In this document: positions 10,160 through 19,797 of the stretch, one piece after another
Position numbering within the stretch: the stretch's first letter is position 1
How the letters are laid out: every line of letters starts with the position of its first letter
NCBI GenBank assembly: GCA_048938855.1
Contig: JBHLLT010000002.1
Location: 160,001 to 224,000, forward strand
DNA: 64,000 nt
Source: Promethearchaeota archaeon
GTDB taxonomy: Archaea > Asgardarchaeota > Lokiarchaeia > Sigyniarchaeales > SOKP01
Direction: 5' to 3'
Notes under the pieces: generated by a model
Told to the model about the DNA's origin: nothing
What the model saw: only the letters and a program-made list of their open reading frames with translations
Databases searched by the model: none
Made by a program: the position numbers and the translations under genes

Positions 10160-10813
10160 ATGGCTTCAGATAAACCAAGCTTAGCTAGAATTAAAATCAA
10201 GTTTCCAGAACCACTTTGGTTCTCTGAAATTTTTAGGAACTATCCTGATGTAAAAATGGAAATTTCACATTTTCTTCCTTATGATCTTGAGAGATCTATA
10301 GGCAATAGCGTAATTGAGATAATGCATTATAATATAGATTCTATAATAGAAGAAATTAGTGTCCATCCTTCTGTATTTGAGCTAAGTGTTATAGAGAGAG
10401 AAGAAAACTATGTAAAATTTAATATAAAAACAAAAGATCCTTATTTATTATATGCAATAATAAAATGTGGAGTACTTGTAGATTTTCCAGTAAGAGTGGA
10501 AGATGGTTTTGCTTATTGGAGGTTAATTTCAAGTCGAGATAGAATAGATCAACTCCTAACTCTTTTTGAAGAGAGAAATATTAACTTCGAACTGCTAAGA
10601 ATCGGGATTGCACCCTATAATATTGAGGATGAAAAATATAAATTAACTTTGGATGAATTAAATGTTCTTGATAGAGCTATTTCCTCTGGTTTTTTTGAAA
10701 TTCCTAGAAAAATTTCTCTAGAAGAATTAGCTAACGAATTAGGTAAATCTAAATCAGCATTATCGGTAATGCTTAGAAAAATCATTAAAAAGAAAGTTTT
10801 ATTTGAAAAGTAA
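10160..10813 (+). CDS. Transcriptional regulator with C-terminal bacterio-opsin-activator (HTH_10) domain
   Basis: GFFEIPRKISLEELANELGKSKS. Confidence 0.88.
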   Translation: MASDKPSLARIKIKFPEPLWFSEIFRNYPDVKMEISHFLPYDLERSIGNSVIEIMHYNIDSIIEEISVHPSVFELSVIEREENYVKFNIKTKDPYLLYAIIKCGVLVDFPVRVEDGFAYWRLISSRDRIDQLLTLFEERNINFELLRIGIAPYNIEDEKYKLTLDELNVLDRAISSGFFEIPRKISLEELANELGKSKSALSVMLRKIIKKKVLFEK

Positions 10814-10832
10814 ATAATAAAGAAAAAAGAAA

Positions 10833-11618
10833 TTATATCCATTCTTCTTTTAAGATGTTTCCTTGTATTCCTACAACAATATATTTTATAGGAACTTTCC
10901 GATTTGCTCGTTTGGCGCCCTCTTGAGCTAAGGCTAATAATCCTCCGCAACATGGTACTTCCATAATCGCAACTGTGAGAGTGTTAATCTTAGCATCATC
11001 TATTAACGTTCTAATTTTTTCAATATAGACTTCTTTACCTTGGTCAAGTTTAGGACAGGCAATAGCAATTGATTTCTGTTTCATAAAGTCTCTATGAAAA
11101 TCGCCATAAGAAAATCCAACACAATCAGCTGATAGTAGAACATCTGCACCTTGGTAGTAAGGAGCCCTAGGATTAATTAAGTGCATTTGAACAGGCCATT
11201 GTCGTAAAGTTGAAGATATCTTTCCAGATCCTTCTTTTTGCTCTATTGGTTCCTCAAATACCATTGTTTGAGCCGATGGACAACCACATTGGTGTGTATG
11301 TTCAGAAATAATTTGCTCTACTTGATTTACCTCAACTTGTTTAGAATTTTTACTAGATTCTAAATGTTTCTCAACAGCTTCTTCATCGAACTCTAAAGCT
11401 TCTCTTTCGATAATTTCAAGCGCACCTTCAGGACAACCTGAAATACATGCGCCAAGACCATCACAAAAAACTTCATTTATAACCTTAGCTTTTCCATTAA
11501 TAACCTTTAAAGCTCCCTCTGCGCAATCTACAACACAATTTCCGCATCCTGTACAGAGATCTTCATCAATCTTAATAATTTTTCTTTTTACCATTTTATT
11601 TAGTTTTGCTTCAGTCAT
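10833..11618 (-). CDS. 4Fe-4S dicluster protein of the family often found beside hcp/cooS
   Basis: CTGCGNC..C, CDGLGAC..CP; C-terminal QWPVQ..ADC..CPKLD..MEVPCC. Confidence 0.88.
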   Translation of the reverse strand: MTEAKLNKMVKRKIIKIDEDLCTGCGNCVVDCAEGALKVINGKAKVINEVFCDGLGACISGCPEGALEIIEREALEFDEEAVEKHLESSKNSKQVEVNQVEQIISEHTHQCGCPSAQTMVFEEPIEQKEGSGKISSTLRQWPVQMHLINPRAPYYQGADVLLSADCVGFSYGDFHRDFMKQKSIAIACPKLDQGKEVYIEKIRTLIDDAKINTLTVAIMEVPCCGGLLALAQEGAKRANRKVPIKYIVVGIQGNILKEEWI

Positions 11619-11657
11619 GATTAAATCAAATAGAGAGGATTATATATTTTTAATTTC

Positions 11658-11667
11658 GAACATGTTC
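11658..11667. promoter_or_regulatory. Palindrome GAACATGTTC upstream of the 4Fe-4S gene (candidate operator)
   Basis: Perfect 10-bp palindrome, repeated at 13706-13717. Confidence 0.65.
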
Positions 11668-11724
11668 AAAATAAGAAAAAAAATAAAATAAACAAGAAAT
11701 TGAATAAAAATCTATAAATAGATA

Positions 11725-13629
11725 CTAAATACCTAACTTCTTACGATTTGTCTCTATATGGTCCATCATGGCATCTACTGCTTCTTTTGTGTCTGTTTCT
11801 ACATGTAAAATCCCACCGGTTAAATCCTTACAATCTTTAGTTAAAAGTTTCACTAAATCAGCACCACCAGTAACAGTAGGAACAGGATTAATATATGTAT
11901 ACAATCCGAAAGCTAGAGCAAACACACCATCTATCGTGGCTTTTTGTTCCATATATTCTGGAGCTACGGCAACTATAGGAAGATCTGGAATTGGTACACC
12001 ACCAAGCGCGGCAGAGATAGCTCCTACTAAGTCTGCGATTCTGCCAGTATCAGTGCAAGTTCCATAACTTAGTACTGGGGGAATGCCTAATTTTTCACAA
12101 ACCGCTTTTAGACCGGGACCTGCCATTTCTTTTGCTTCTGGGATACATAATCCCCCAACTTGTAATGCTCCATTACCACATCCCATTGATAACACTAAAA
12201 TATCTCTTTTAATTAACTCTTTTGCCACTTCAATAACATGTACATCTTGTCCATAATCTCTTAATGTAGTACAAGAAACTAGTCCTGCAACCCCTCGTAT
12301 TGTACCATCTTTAATTAAATCGAGTAAGGGTTCTAAAGTTCCTCCTAGAGCAGCAAGAATACTTTCACTTGAAAATCCAACTATCGCTTCATTCATATCC
12401 AAATCAGTAATGGGGTCAACGCTAGCTCTGCGTTCTCTGAAATTATCAATTGCCATTTGTAGTAATTTTGCTGCTTGAGATTCGGCTTTTTCAGGTTTAT
12501 AATCTACTCTCTCATTAATTCCTTCGAATACTACTACTTCTGAGACTGGTACTAATCTAAATTTATATTTTTCAGCATAAATCGGATCAATTGGCATACA
12601 ACAATTCATATCACAAATAAAGGCATCAATGCAACCACTTGCTAAGACGGCTTCTTGCATAATCCAATTACCAGTAAATCCATAAAAAACATCATCCATC
12701 TCCCATCTTTGTATCATTTCTTGCCCCGTCTCAATATTCGCTATTATTCTTAATCCCTTTGCACCTACGGATTTAGCTTTTTCTTGCCATTCAGATTTAC
12801 GAGCAAGTTGAACCATTGCAAACCCTAAAAATGGCTCATGGCCATTTGGTAGTATATTTACATAGTCTGGGTCTAAAACTCCGAGATTAACCCTCATCTT
12901 ATGGGGTCTGGGGATATTGAATAAAATATCTTGAGTAAATTCATTCACAATTTGGCTTTGATAAGCCATGGCGATTCCTAATCTCATTGCTTTAAGAGCT
13001 AAACTTGCATAATAACCATCTACATTTGTGAGGCAAGAACTGGTTGAGAACATAAGTTCACCATGTAATCCTCCTGGAAAGATTCCTAATTTTTTCCATA
13101 CTTCTTGTCTTTCGGGTGGGGCTAATTTTTCGACAATTTTGCTTGCTTGGTCATAGGATCTATTGAAATCTTCCATAACAAAATTATATAACCTTAGAGC
13201 TATGTCTTTTTCTGACCCAGAATTATCTAAACCAAGGCGTTGAGCGAAACTTTTTAGTTTTTCTGGTTCAGAGATTTTAAAAGGTGTTTGACTTTCTACC
13301 GTTGCCTTTAGGGTTTTTAAAGTTGTTTCAGTATGATAGTGATAAGTAGATGCTCCCATTACATTTCTAAGAAGCATCATTCGCATTGCCATTCCATCAG
13401 CAGTAATACCACATACACCACGTTTATCAATTGATGAGTCCGCTCTACATGGACCATTGGAACATAAGTCACAGCGTGCTCCTTTTAAGCAGAATGGACA
13501 TCTTTTATCGGGATCTCCTCCAAATCCTTGAGCTTCAAATCGATCCCAAATGTTGGTCATTCTATCTTTTTTAATTCTCTCATATACTTTTTGAACAGAT
13601 CTATGATATGAAATTCTCTCGTTTTCCAT
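11725..13629 (-). CDS. cooS: CO-dehydrogenase family protein, non-canonical (CooS-V/clade-D-like)
   Basis: CPFC..CDLCSNGPC, NGHEP, DMNC, SCT, MGCG, GTCTD, EQKA; C-cluster Cys replaced by Glu (ANIETGQE). Confidence 0.9.
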   Translation of the reverse strand: MENERISYHRSVQKVYERIKKDRMTNIWDRFEAQGFGGDPDKRCPFCLKGARCDLCSNGPCRADSSIDKRGVCGITADGMAMRMMLLRNVMGASTYHYHTETTLKTLKATVESQTPFKISEPEKLKSFAQRLGLDNSGSEKDIALRLYNFVMEDFNRSYDQASKIVEKLAPPERQEVWKKLGIFPGGLHGELMFSTSSCLTNVDGYYASLALKAMRLGIAMAYQSQIVNEFTQDILFNIPRPHKMRVNLGVLDPDYVNILPNGHEPFLGFAMVQLARKSEWQEKAKSVGAKGLRIIANIETGQEMIQRWEMDDVFYGFTGNWIMQEAVLASGCIDAFICDMNCCMPIDPIYAEKYKFRLVPVSEVVVFEGINERVDYKPEKAESQAAKLLQMAIDNFRERRASVDPITDLDMNEAIVGFSSESILAALGGTLEPLLDLIKDGTIRGVAGLVSCTTLRDYGQDVHVIEVAKELIKRDILVLSMGCGNGALQVGGLCIPEAKEMAGPGLKAVCEKLGIPPVLSYGTCTDTGRIADLVGAISAALGGVPIPDLPIVAVAPEYMEQKATIDGVFALAFGLYTYINPVPTVTGGADLVKLLTKDCKDLTGGILHVETDTKEAVDAMMDHIETNRKKLGI

Positions 13630-13705
13630 AAATTATCACTTTTTTTTTATGTTTATTAAAGTTTATCTATTTAAAGAATAAGGTATTATGATTTAAGGTT
13701 ATAAT

Positions 13706-13717
13706 TGAACATGTTCA
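13706..13717. promoter_or_regulatory. Palindrome TGAACATGTTCA in the divergent cooS/oxidoreductase promoter
   Basis: Perfect 12-bp palindrome with the same core as 11658-11667. Confidence 0.7.
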
Positions 13718-13786
13718 TTAGGTTACTAATTCAGATTACAATCTATAATGAAAACGTTAAAATAAGATGTATAAACTAATTATTCT

Positions 13787-15139
13787 ATGAAAGTTTTAAT
13801 AATCGGGAACAATATTTCTGGAACATTTACAGCTCAAAATATAAGAGCTCTCAATGATGAAGTCGATATTCAAATCTATACTCAAGAAAGTTATCCATAT
13901 TATACAAGGGTAAAGCTACCAGAATTAATTTCAGAAAAAGTTACAATTGATGATATAATCGTTTTTAATGAAGATTGGTATAAGAACAAGCAAATTCGCC
14001 TGCACTTAAACAAAATAGTCAATAAGATTGACCCGGCATCAAAAAAAGTTCAGATTGAAGGTGAAAGTTCATTAGTTTCCTATGATAAGCTTATTTTAGC
14101 TCTTGGAAGCATGCCAAATATTCCTCCAATTAAAAATGCAAACGAATTTAAACAAGAAAAGAAAGGTGTTTTTACATTACGAAGCATTAATGATGCTCTA
14201 GAAATAAAAGATTTTATTAAAAAGGAGCATGTAAAAAGAGCAATAGTAATTGGCGGAGGTTTATTAGGTTTAGAATTAGCTAATCAAATTAATGATTCTA
14301 ATTTAGAAACTACTGTAGTAGAATTCTTTCCTAGATTGTTACCAAGACAATTAGACGAAGAATGCGGTGCTATGCTAAAAGATGAGATAGAAAGCCGAGG
14401 AATTAAAGTAGTTTTAGATGCCGCTACTGAAGAAATTTTAGGTAATGGATCTGTAACCGGGATTAAATTAAAGGGAGGACAACAAATAGAGTCGGAAATT
14501 GTTTTAATCCAAGCAGGGATTAGACCTACTATCGATCTAGCCAAAGAAGCTGGCATGCAAACCAATAGAGGGATAATTGTTAATGAATTCTTGGAAACTA
14601 GTGAACAAGATATCTACGCGGTAGGAGATTGCATTGAATACAAAGAACAAATATGGGGTATTATTCCTGCTTGTATGGAGCAGTCAAAAATAGTTGCAGC
14701 TTCTGCTCTTGGTTTGAAAAAAGTTGACTATAAAGGAACAACTCCTAAAAATACTCTTAAAATTATCGGATTAGAATTGACTTCAATGGGTATTATTGAT
14801 CCCTCTCAAGAGCAAGGTGGAGCTTGGGAAATACTGAAAAAAGCAGATAAAAAAGATTGTTGTTATCAGAAAATAGTATTGAAAGGAAGCAAGTTAAAAG
14901 GAGCAATTTTGTTTGGTGATAATAAAGCAATGTCTTACGTCTCGAATAAAATGGAGGAGGACGTTGATAGAGAGGAATTGAAAAGATTATTAGAATTATA
15001 TTCCTATTTATGTAATAACTGTGGAATGGAGTATGATGAGGCTAAAACGGGTATTCTGTTTAAAGAATTACCTCCCGATTGGACATGTCCAAATTGTAAA
15101 GGTCCAAAAAAAGAATTCACAAGAAAAGATACTCCTTAA
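13787..15139 (+). CDS. FAD-dependent NAD(P)H:rubredoxin oxidoreductase-like protein with C-terminal rubredoxin
   Basis: VIGGGLLGLE, YAVGDC; C-terminal CNNCG..LPPDWTCPNC. Confidence 0.9.
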   Translation: MKVLIIGNNISGTFTAQNIRALNDEVDIQIYTQESYPYYTRVKLPELISEKVTIDDIIVFNEDWYKNKQIRLHLNKIVNKIDPASKKVQIEGESSLVSYDKLILALGSMPNIPPIKNANEFKQEKKGVFTLRSINDALEIKDFIKKEHVKRAIVIGGGLLGLELANQINDSNLETTVVEFFPRLLPRQLDEECGAMLKDEIESRGIKVVLDAATEEILGNGSVTGIKLKGGQQIESEIVLIQAGIRPTIDLAKEAGMQTNRGIIVNEFLETSEQDIYAVGDCIEYKEQIWGIIPACMEQSKIVAASALGLKKVDYKGTTPKNTLKIIGLELTSMGIIDPSQEQGGAWEILKKADKKDCCYQKIVLKGSKLKGAILFGDNKAMSYVSNKMEEDVDREELKRLLELYSYLCNNCGMEYDEAKTGILFKELPPDWTCPNCKGPKKEFTRKDTP

Positions 15140-15162
15140 TAAAATATCAAAAGAGGTGAAGA

Positions 15163-15321
15163 TTGATTTCTATCTATCGCTGTAAAAGATGTAATTATAT
15201 TTATGACAATAGTGAAAAAGAGATTCCTTTTGAAGAATTAAATGAAGATGAATTTAAATGCCCTAAATGTCGTTCTTCAAAAAATTTCTTTATAAAAAAA
15301 GATATGAATAGAAATAAATAA
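15163..15321 (+). CDS. Rubredoxin-like protein, 52 aa
   Basis: Read manually: TTG start after GAGGTGA SD; YRCKRCNYIYD..FKCPKC. Confidence 0.85.
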   Translation: MISIYRCKRCNYIYDNSEKEIPFEELNEDEFKCPKCRSSKNFFIKKDMNRNK

Positions 15322-15557
15322 TAGTTTTTACACATCAAAAAACACTAGTTATAAATAAACAGAAGTTTAATTCATATCTAATTTAATATTTTTAAGTAAA
15401 AGAGCATCAAGAAAAATTAAATAAACTTAATTTATCATTATTTTTTTCTATTCTTTCATTATTTTTATAAATTATTAAATTAATATTTTTAATATAATTC
15501 CAATTTAAATCAATCATAGTATACTAAATTATTAATTATAAAGTAAAGGTTTAAAAC

Positions 15558-15695
15558 ATGTCTCGTTATGAGTGTCAAGCTTGCGGTTACATATATGATG
15601 AAGACGCAGAAGGTACAAAATGGGAAGATCTCCCTGACGATTGGACCTGTCCCGTATGCGGAGTAGGAAAAGATATGTTCGAAAAAATTGATTAA
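15558..15695 (+). CDS. rub: Rubredoxin, 45 aa
   Basis: Read manually: [45 protein letters not shown]. Confidence 0.95.
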   Translation: MSRYECQACGYIYDEDAEGTKWEDLPDDWTCPVCGVGKDMFEKID

Positions 15696-15856
15696 CCTAT
15701 TTTAACTTCACTTATTTTATTTTTTTTTTAACTCTTCTCTCAAAAACTTTATAATAAATAGGATATAAGTTTTTAATTTGATTTGAATTTATATTACGAA
15801 AATACTATTTAATCTCATTAAATAAAGGTGAAATTGAAATTACACATTTAGAATTA

Positions 15857-17044
15857 ATGAAAGATATTTATTATGTTGGCTATGTTGATTTTGAAGTTCG
15901 TAATTTTCATGGATATTCCACGCATCGAGGTAGTAGTTATAATGCTTATATTATCAAGGGAGAAAAAACTGTACTGATTGATACTGTTAAACGTCCCTAT
16001 TTTGAATATTTTTTGAAAAATATTAAGGAGGTATGCGATCCTTCTGAAATCGATTATTTCATTACAAATCATGTAGAAATGGATCATTCTGGGTCGTTTC
16101 CATTAATTATTAATTATCTTCCAAATGCTGAGTTTATTGCTTCAGAAAAGGGAGTTGAAATATTAAAAGCACATTTTCATGAAGAGGTAGGAGATGATAT
16201 TTTTGACAAGATAAGAGGCGTTAAAGATGGAGATACATTAGATATTGGAAATGGTAAAAAATTAACTTTTGTACCGATACCAATGATTCATTGGCCAGAT
16301 TCAATGGTTTCATTTATGAAAGATGAAAATGGTAAGAATGTATTATTCTCTAATGATGCATTTGGTCAGCACTTTGCCTCAACAAAACGTTGGGATGATG
16401 AAAATGATTTATGTGAGGTAATGCAAGAAGCTGAGAAATACTATGCCAATATTTTGCTACACTTGTCTGGTTTAATAGCCAAAACATTACCTAAAGTAGG
16501 AGCCCTACCTATAGACATCATTTGTCCTTCTCATGGAGTATGTTGGCGCATCCATATTCCAGAAATTTTAGAGAAATATACTAAATGGTGTAAGGGTGAA
16601 ATCGATGAAAAGAGTGTAATAATAATATATGATACTATGTGGGGAAGTACAGAAAAGATTGCAAAAGCAATAGTAAAAGAAATTAGCCATAGAGGAATTC
16701 CTGTAAAACGTTTCAGATTGACTATGGCAGACTATTCTGATGTAATTACTGAAGCGATGAAAGCAAAAGTAATTATTGTGGGGAGTCCTACACTTAATAA
16801 TGGATTATATCCTACTGTAGCAGAATATTTATCATATCAAAGAGGATTAAGACCGATGAATAAAATAGGCTTAGCCTTCGGTTCATATGGCTGGTCAGGT
16901 CAGGCTCCACAAGAAATTGCCAATATTATGAAAGAAACGAGAATTGATGTTATGGACGAATTAATCAAGGTTAAATTTGTACCAAAACCAGAAGATTTAG
17001 ATTTTAAGGTAATTATAGATAAATTAATTAAGAAAATAGAGTAA
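15857..17044 (+). CDS. fprA: Flavodiiron protein (O2/NO reductase)
   Basis: NHVEMDHSGS, IHWPDS, SNDAFG, PSHG and a flavodoxin domain. Confidence 0.95.
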   Translation: MKDIYYVGYVDFEVRNFHGYSTHRGSSYNAYIIKGEKTVLIDTVKRPYFEYFLKNIKEVCDPSEIDYFITNHVEMDHSGSFPLIINYLPNAEFIASEKGVEILKAHFHEEVGDDIFDKIRGVKDGDTLDIGNGKKLTFVPIPMIHWPDSMVSFMKDENGKNVLFSNDAFGQHFASTKRWDDENDLCEVMQEAEKYYANILLHLSGLIAKTLPKVGALPIDIICPSHGVCWRIHIPEILEKYTKWCKGEIDEKSVIIIYDTMWGSTEKIAKAIVKEISHRGIPVKRFRLTMADYSDVITEAMKAKVIIVGSPTLNNGLYPTVAEYLSYQRGLRPMNKIGLAFGSYGWSGQAPQEIANIMKETRIDVMDELIKVKFVPKPEDLDFKVIIDKLIKKIE

Positions 17045-17058
17045 ATGGTGATAGGCGA

Positions 17059-18243
17059 ATGAATTTTATGCTAACTGAAGAAGAAAAGCTTTTACAAATA
17101 AAGGCAAGAGAGTTCGCTATTCGTGAGGTTTTACCCGTAGCAAGAAAATATGATGAGTCTGAAGAATTTCCTTTACCCGTTATTAAAAAAGCTTGGGAAC
17201 AAGGATTATTGAATTCAGAGGTTCCAAAGGAGTATGGTGGACCAGGTTTAAGTTTATTAAGTTCTTGTATTGTTGTTGAAGAAATCTCATCTGCTTGTCC
17301 AGGTATTGCCACTTCTATTTTTGACAATAATCTTGGTGCAGAACCTATCATTATTGGGGGAAATGAAGAACAAAAGCAAAGAATTTTAGGGGAATTAGTT
17401 AATGAATTTAAATTAATTGCTTTTGCCACATCTGAGCCAACGATGGGTTCTGATGTGGCAGGAATGCAGTGCCGGGCAGAAAAAGATGGGGATGAGTTTA
17501 TTTTAAATGGAACCAAGTTTTGGATCACAAATGGTGGATTTGCTGATTATATCACCGTATTTGCAACTATTGATCCTGAGAAAAAGCATAAGGGGATTGC
17601 AGCATTTATAGTAGATACTAAAACTGAAGGAGTGAAATTAGGTAAGCATATCCCTAAATTAGGCCAAAGATCATCTAACACAGTATCTGTTGGTTTAAAA
17701 AATGTAAGGATTCCCAAAGAAAATGTACTTGCTAAGCCTGGAAGGGGGTTTGTTTTGGCAATGCAAACATTTGCTCACACACGACCTGCTATAGGAGCTT
17801 TTGCTGTCGGTTGTGCTCGTTCTGCGATGGAATATTCTATCGATTATGCTCACAAGAGAGAAACTTTTGGGAGACCAATTGGAAATTATCAAGTAATCCA
17901 GGAAAAAATCGCTAATATGTATAAAGACATTGAAGCCGCACGATTGTTAACATATAAAGCAGCTTGGGAGACTGATCAAGGCATGGATAATAATTTGAGT
18001 TCCTCAATAGCCAAAGCGTTCGCTTCAGATGTCGTAATGAATGTTACAACAGAAGCAGTGCAAATTTTTGGAGGATATGGATATTTAAGAACATACCCCG
18101 TCGAAAAACTGTTTAGAGATGCAAAATTATACCAGATATATGAAGGAACAAGCGAAATTCAAAGAATAGTTATCTCTCGCTTTGTTATGAATCAATATAA
18201 GCATGCAATGCCTTTTCTTGGTAAAAAAAGGACTTCAGATTAA
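17059..18243 (+). CDS. Acyl-CoA dehydrogenase
   Basis: SEPTMGSD, NGTKFWITNG, QIFGGYGY, IYEGTSEIQR. Confidence 0.95.
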   Translation: MNFMLTEEEKLLQIKAREFAIREVLPVARKYDESEEFPLPVIKKAWEQGLLNSEVPKEYGGPGLSLLSSCIVVEEISSACPGIATSIFDNNLGAEPIIIGGNEEQKQRILGELVNEFKLIAFATSEPTMGSDVAGMQCRAEKDGDEFILNGTKFWITNGGFADYITVFATIDPEKKHKGIAAFIVDTKTEGVKLGKHIPKLGQRSSNTVSVGLKNVRIPKENVLAKPGRGFVLAMQTFAHTRPAIGAFAVGCARSAMEYSIDYAHKRETFGRPIGNYQVIQEKIANMYKDIEAARLLTYKAAWETDQGMDNNLSSSIAKAFASDVVMNVTTEAVQIFGGYGYLRTYPVEKLFRDAKLYQIYEGTSEIQRIVISRFVMNQYKHAMPFLGKKRTSD

Positions 18244-18261
18244 TTTTAAAATTAATAACTT

Positions 18262-18762
18262 TTATTCCAAATTTTTATTTTTTAGCTGTTCTTGCTTCTT
18301 CAATTTCTTTTTGTTAAGAAAGTCATAGTAGGTTTTGTAAAATTTCCGTTGACATAAATTATCACAGAAGAATTTGAAATTCGGGTCTAACCAAAGAGTT
18401 TTTATTTCATGAATTTTCAAAAAATTGTGAAATTTGCTAAATTTATAGATGTCCATTGGATTTTCACAGTATAAACATTTCCTTTCTTTTAATACGTTCT
18501 CAATTTTTTTTAACTCATGAATCTTGAGATATCGAAAGCACTCGCAGCAGTGAAATTCTAAAATTGAAGTTTGCCATAGTTTTAAGATATATTTGGGTGT
18601 AAAATTAACATTATCACTTAGAAAATCATAAATATTTAAATCCTTTCCACAATTCCAGCATGTTCTTTTTTTAAAATTATTTTCATGTTTAATGAGTTCT
18701 CTTAATTTTTGAATTTTGTCCCATAATTCAGCATTATTTAACTTCTTAAAGAACAAAGACAT
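18262..18762 (-). CDS. Hypothetical protein with duplicated Zn-finger-like unit
   Basis: CWNC..CCEC and CLYC..CDNLC. Confidence 0.6.
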   Translation of the reverse strand: MSLFFKKLNNAELWDKIQKLRELIKHENNFKKRTCWNCGKDLNIYDFLSDNVNFTPKYILKLWQTSILEFHCCECFRYLKIHELKKIENVLKERKCLYCENPMDIYKFSKFHNFLKIHEIKTLWLDPNFKFFCDNLCQRKFYKTYYDFLNKKKLKKQEQLKNKNLE

Positions 18763-18846
18763 ACTTAAAATACATTCTTATATCTTATTATAATAGATTA
18801 GTAGTAATATTACTTTATATAGGAAATCCTTATATCAAGTAAGAAT

Positions 18847-19797
18847 TTACTTTTTCTTTTTTGTTATTAACATGATGAGTGTTACAAATAATGAAATGCC
18901 AGTTAGAAAAATCAGAAAAAAGGCGATTGAATTATTTAGACGTTCTATATAGCAAAAATTATTTTTAAAAACATTACCAATACATGCATCTTCAGACCAA
19001 CAAAGTGCATCACCTTTAGAAATAAAATTATTCCTCACAATAGTATTATAATTACTTTCCCTTAACACAAGTAGAGTAGGGATCCAGGGGAATCTTGTAT
19101 TATAATCTATAGAAATTATATTCTCTACAATCAGGTTATGATGGCTACTAGATAATCTTATCACATCCCTATTATTGTTGTATAGAATATTTCTAGTAAG
19201 ATTGTTATAACTACTACTAGATAAAATAATACCCGTTTCCTCCCAGTAAAAATCATATCCGTAATTGTTACTAACATTATTTCCTAAAATAGTATTATTA
19301 TTACTATAATATAATAAAATCCCATAAGTATTACGAGAACAGGTGTTATTGATTAACTGAACGTTATTAACATTGGTTAACACTATACCTCCTCCTTCCC
19401 AATAATTAGGTTCAAATTCAGTATCCATTTCAGCATTAGAGATTTTACAATTTTCAATTCTAAAATAAACATTAGAATTTTCAATAAAAATACAATAATC
19501 GTAAGCTGACCTATTGAATACTAAATCTTCTATAACATAAGGATCAGAATAAGTGCCCTGACCTGTACAATTTGTAATATTTTTATAACTAATCCACCCT
19601 GAGTTTCCGATTATGTGAATTGAACTCTGATTTTTAGAGATTCTTAGATGAAAATCATCTACATTAGAATCCGTAGAGATCTTTGAATTATTATGAATAT
19701 CTCCCAAATTAAACACAAAGATACAGCTAAAGATAGTTGAGTAGGTAAGAACAATGCCTAACAATAATATTGATTTATACTTTGTGTTGAAGATCAT
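18847..19797 (-). CDS. Membrane-anchored right-handed beta-helix (NosD-like) surface protein
   Basis: N- and C-terminal TM, GTYSDPYVIED, NN..S.N.GI.L repeats. Confidence 0.8.
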   Translation of the reverse strand: MIFNTKYKSILLLGIVLTYSTIFSCIFVFNLGDIHNNSKISTDSNVDDFHLRISKNQSSIHIIGNSGWISYKNITNCTGQGTYSDPYVIEDLVFNRSAYDYCIFIENSNVYFRIENCKISNAEMDTEFEPNYWEGGGIVLTNVNNVQLINNTCSRNTYGILLYYSNNNTILGNNVSNNYGYDFYWEETGIILSSSSYNNLTRNILYNNNRDVIRLSSSHHNLIVENIISIDYNTRFPWIPTLLVLRESNYNTIVRNNFISKGDALCWSEDACIGNVFKNNFCYIERLNNSIAFFLIFLTGISLFVTLIMLITKKKK

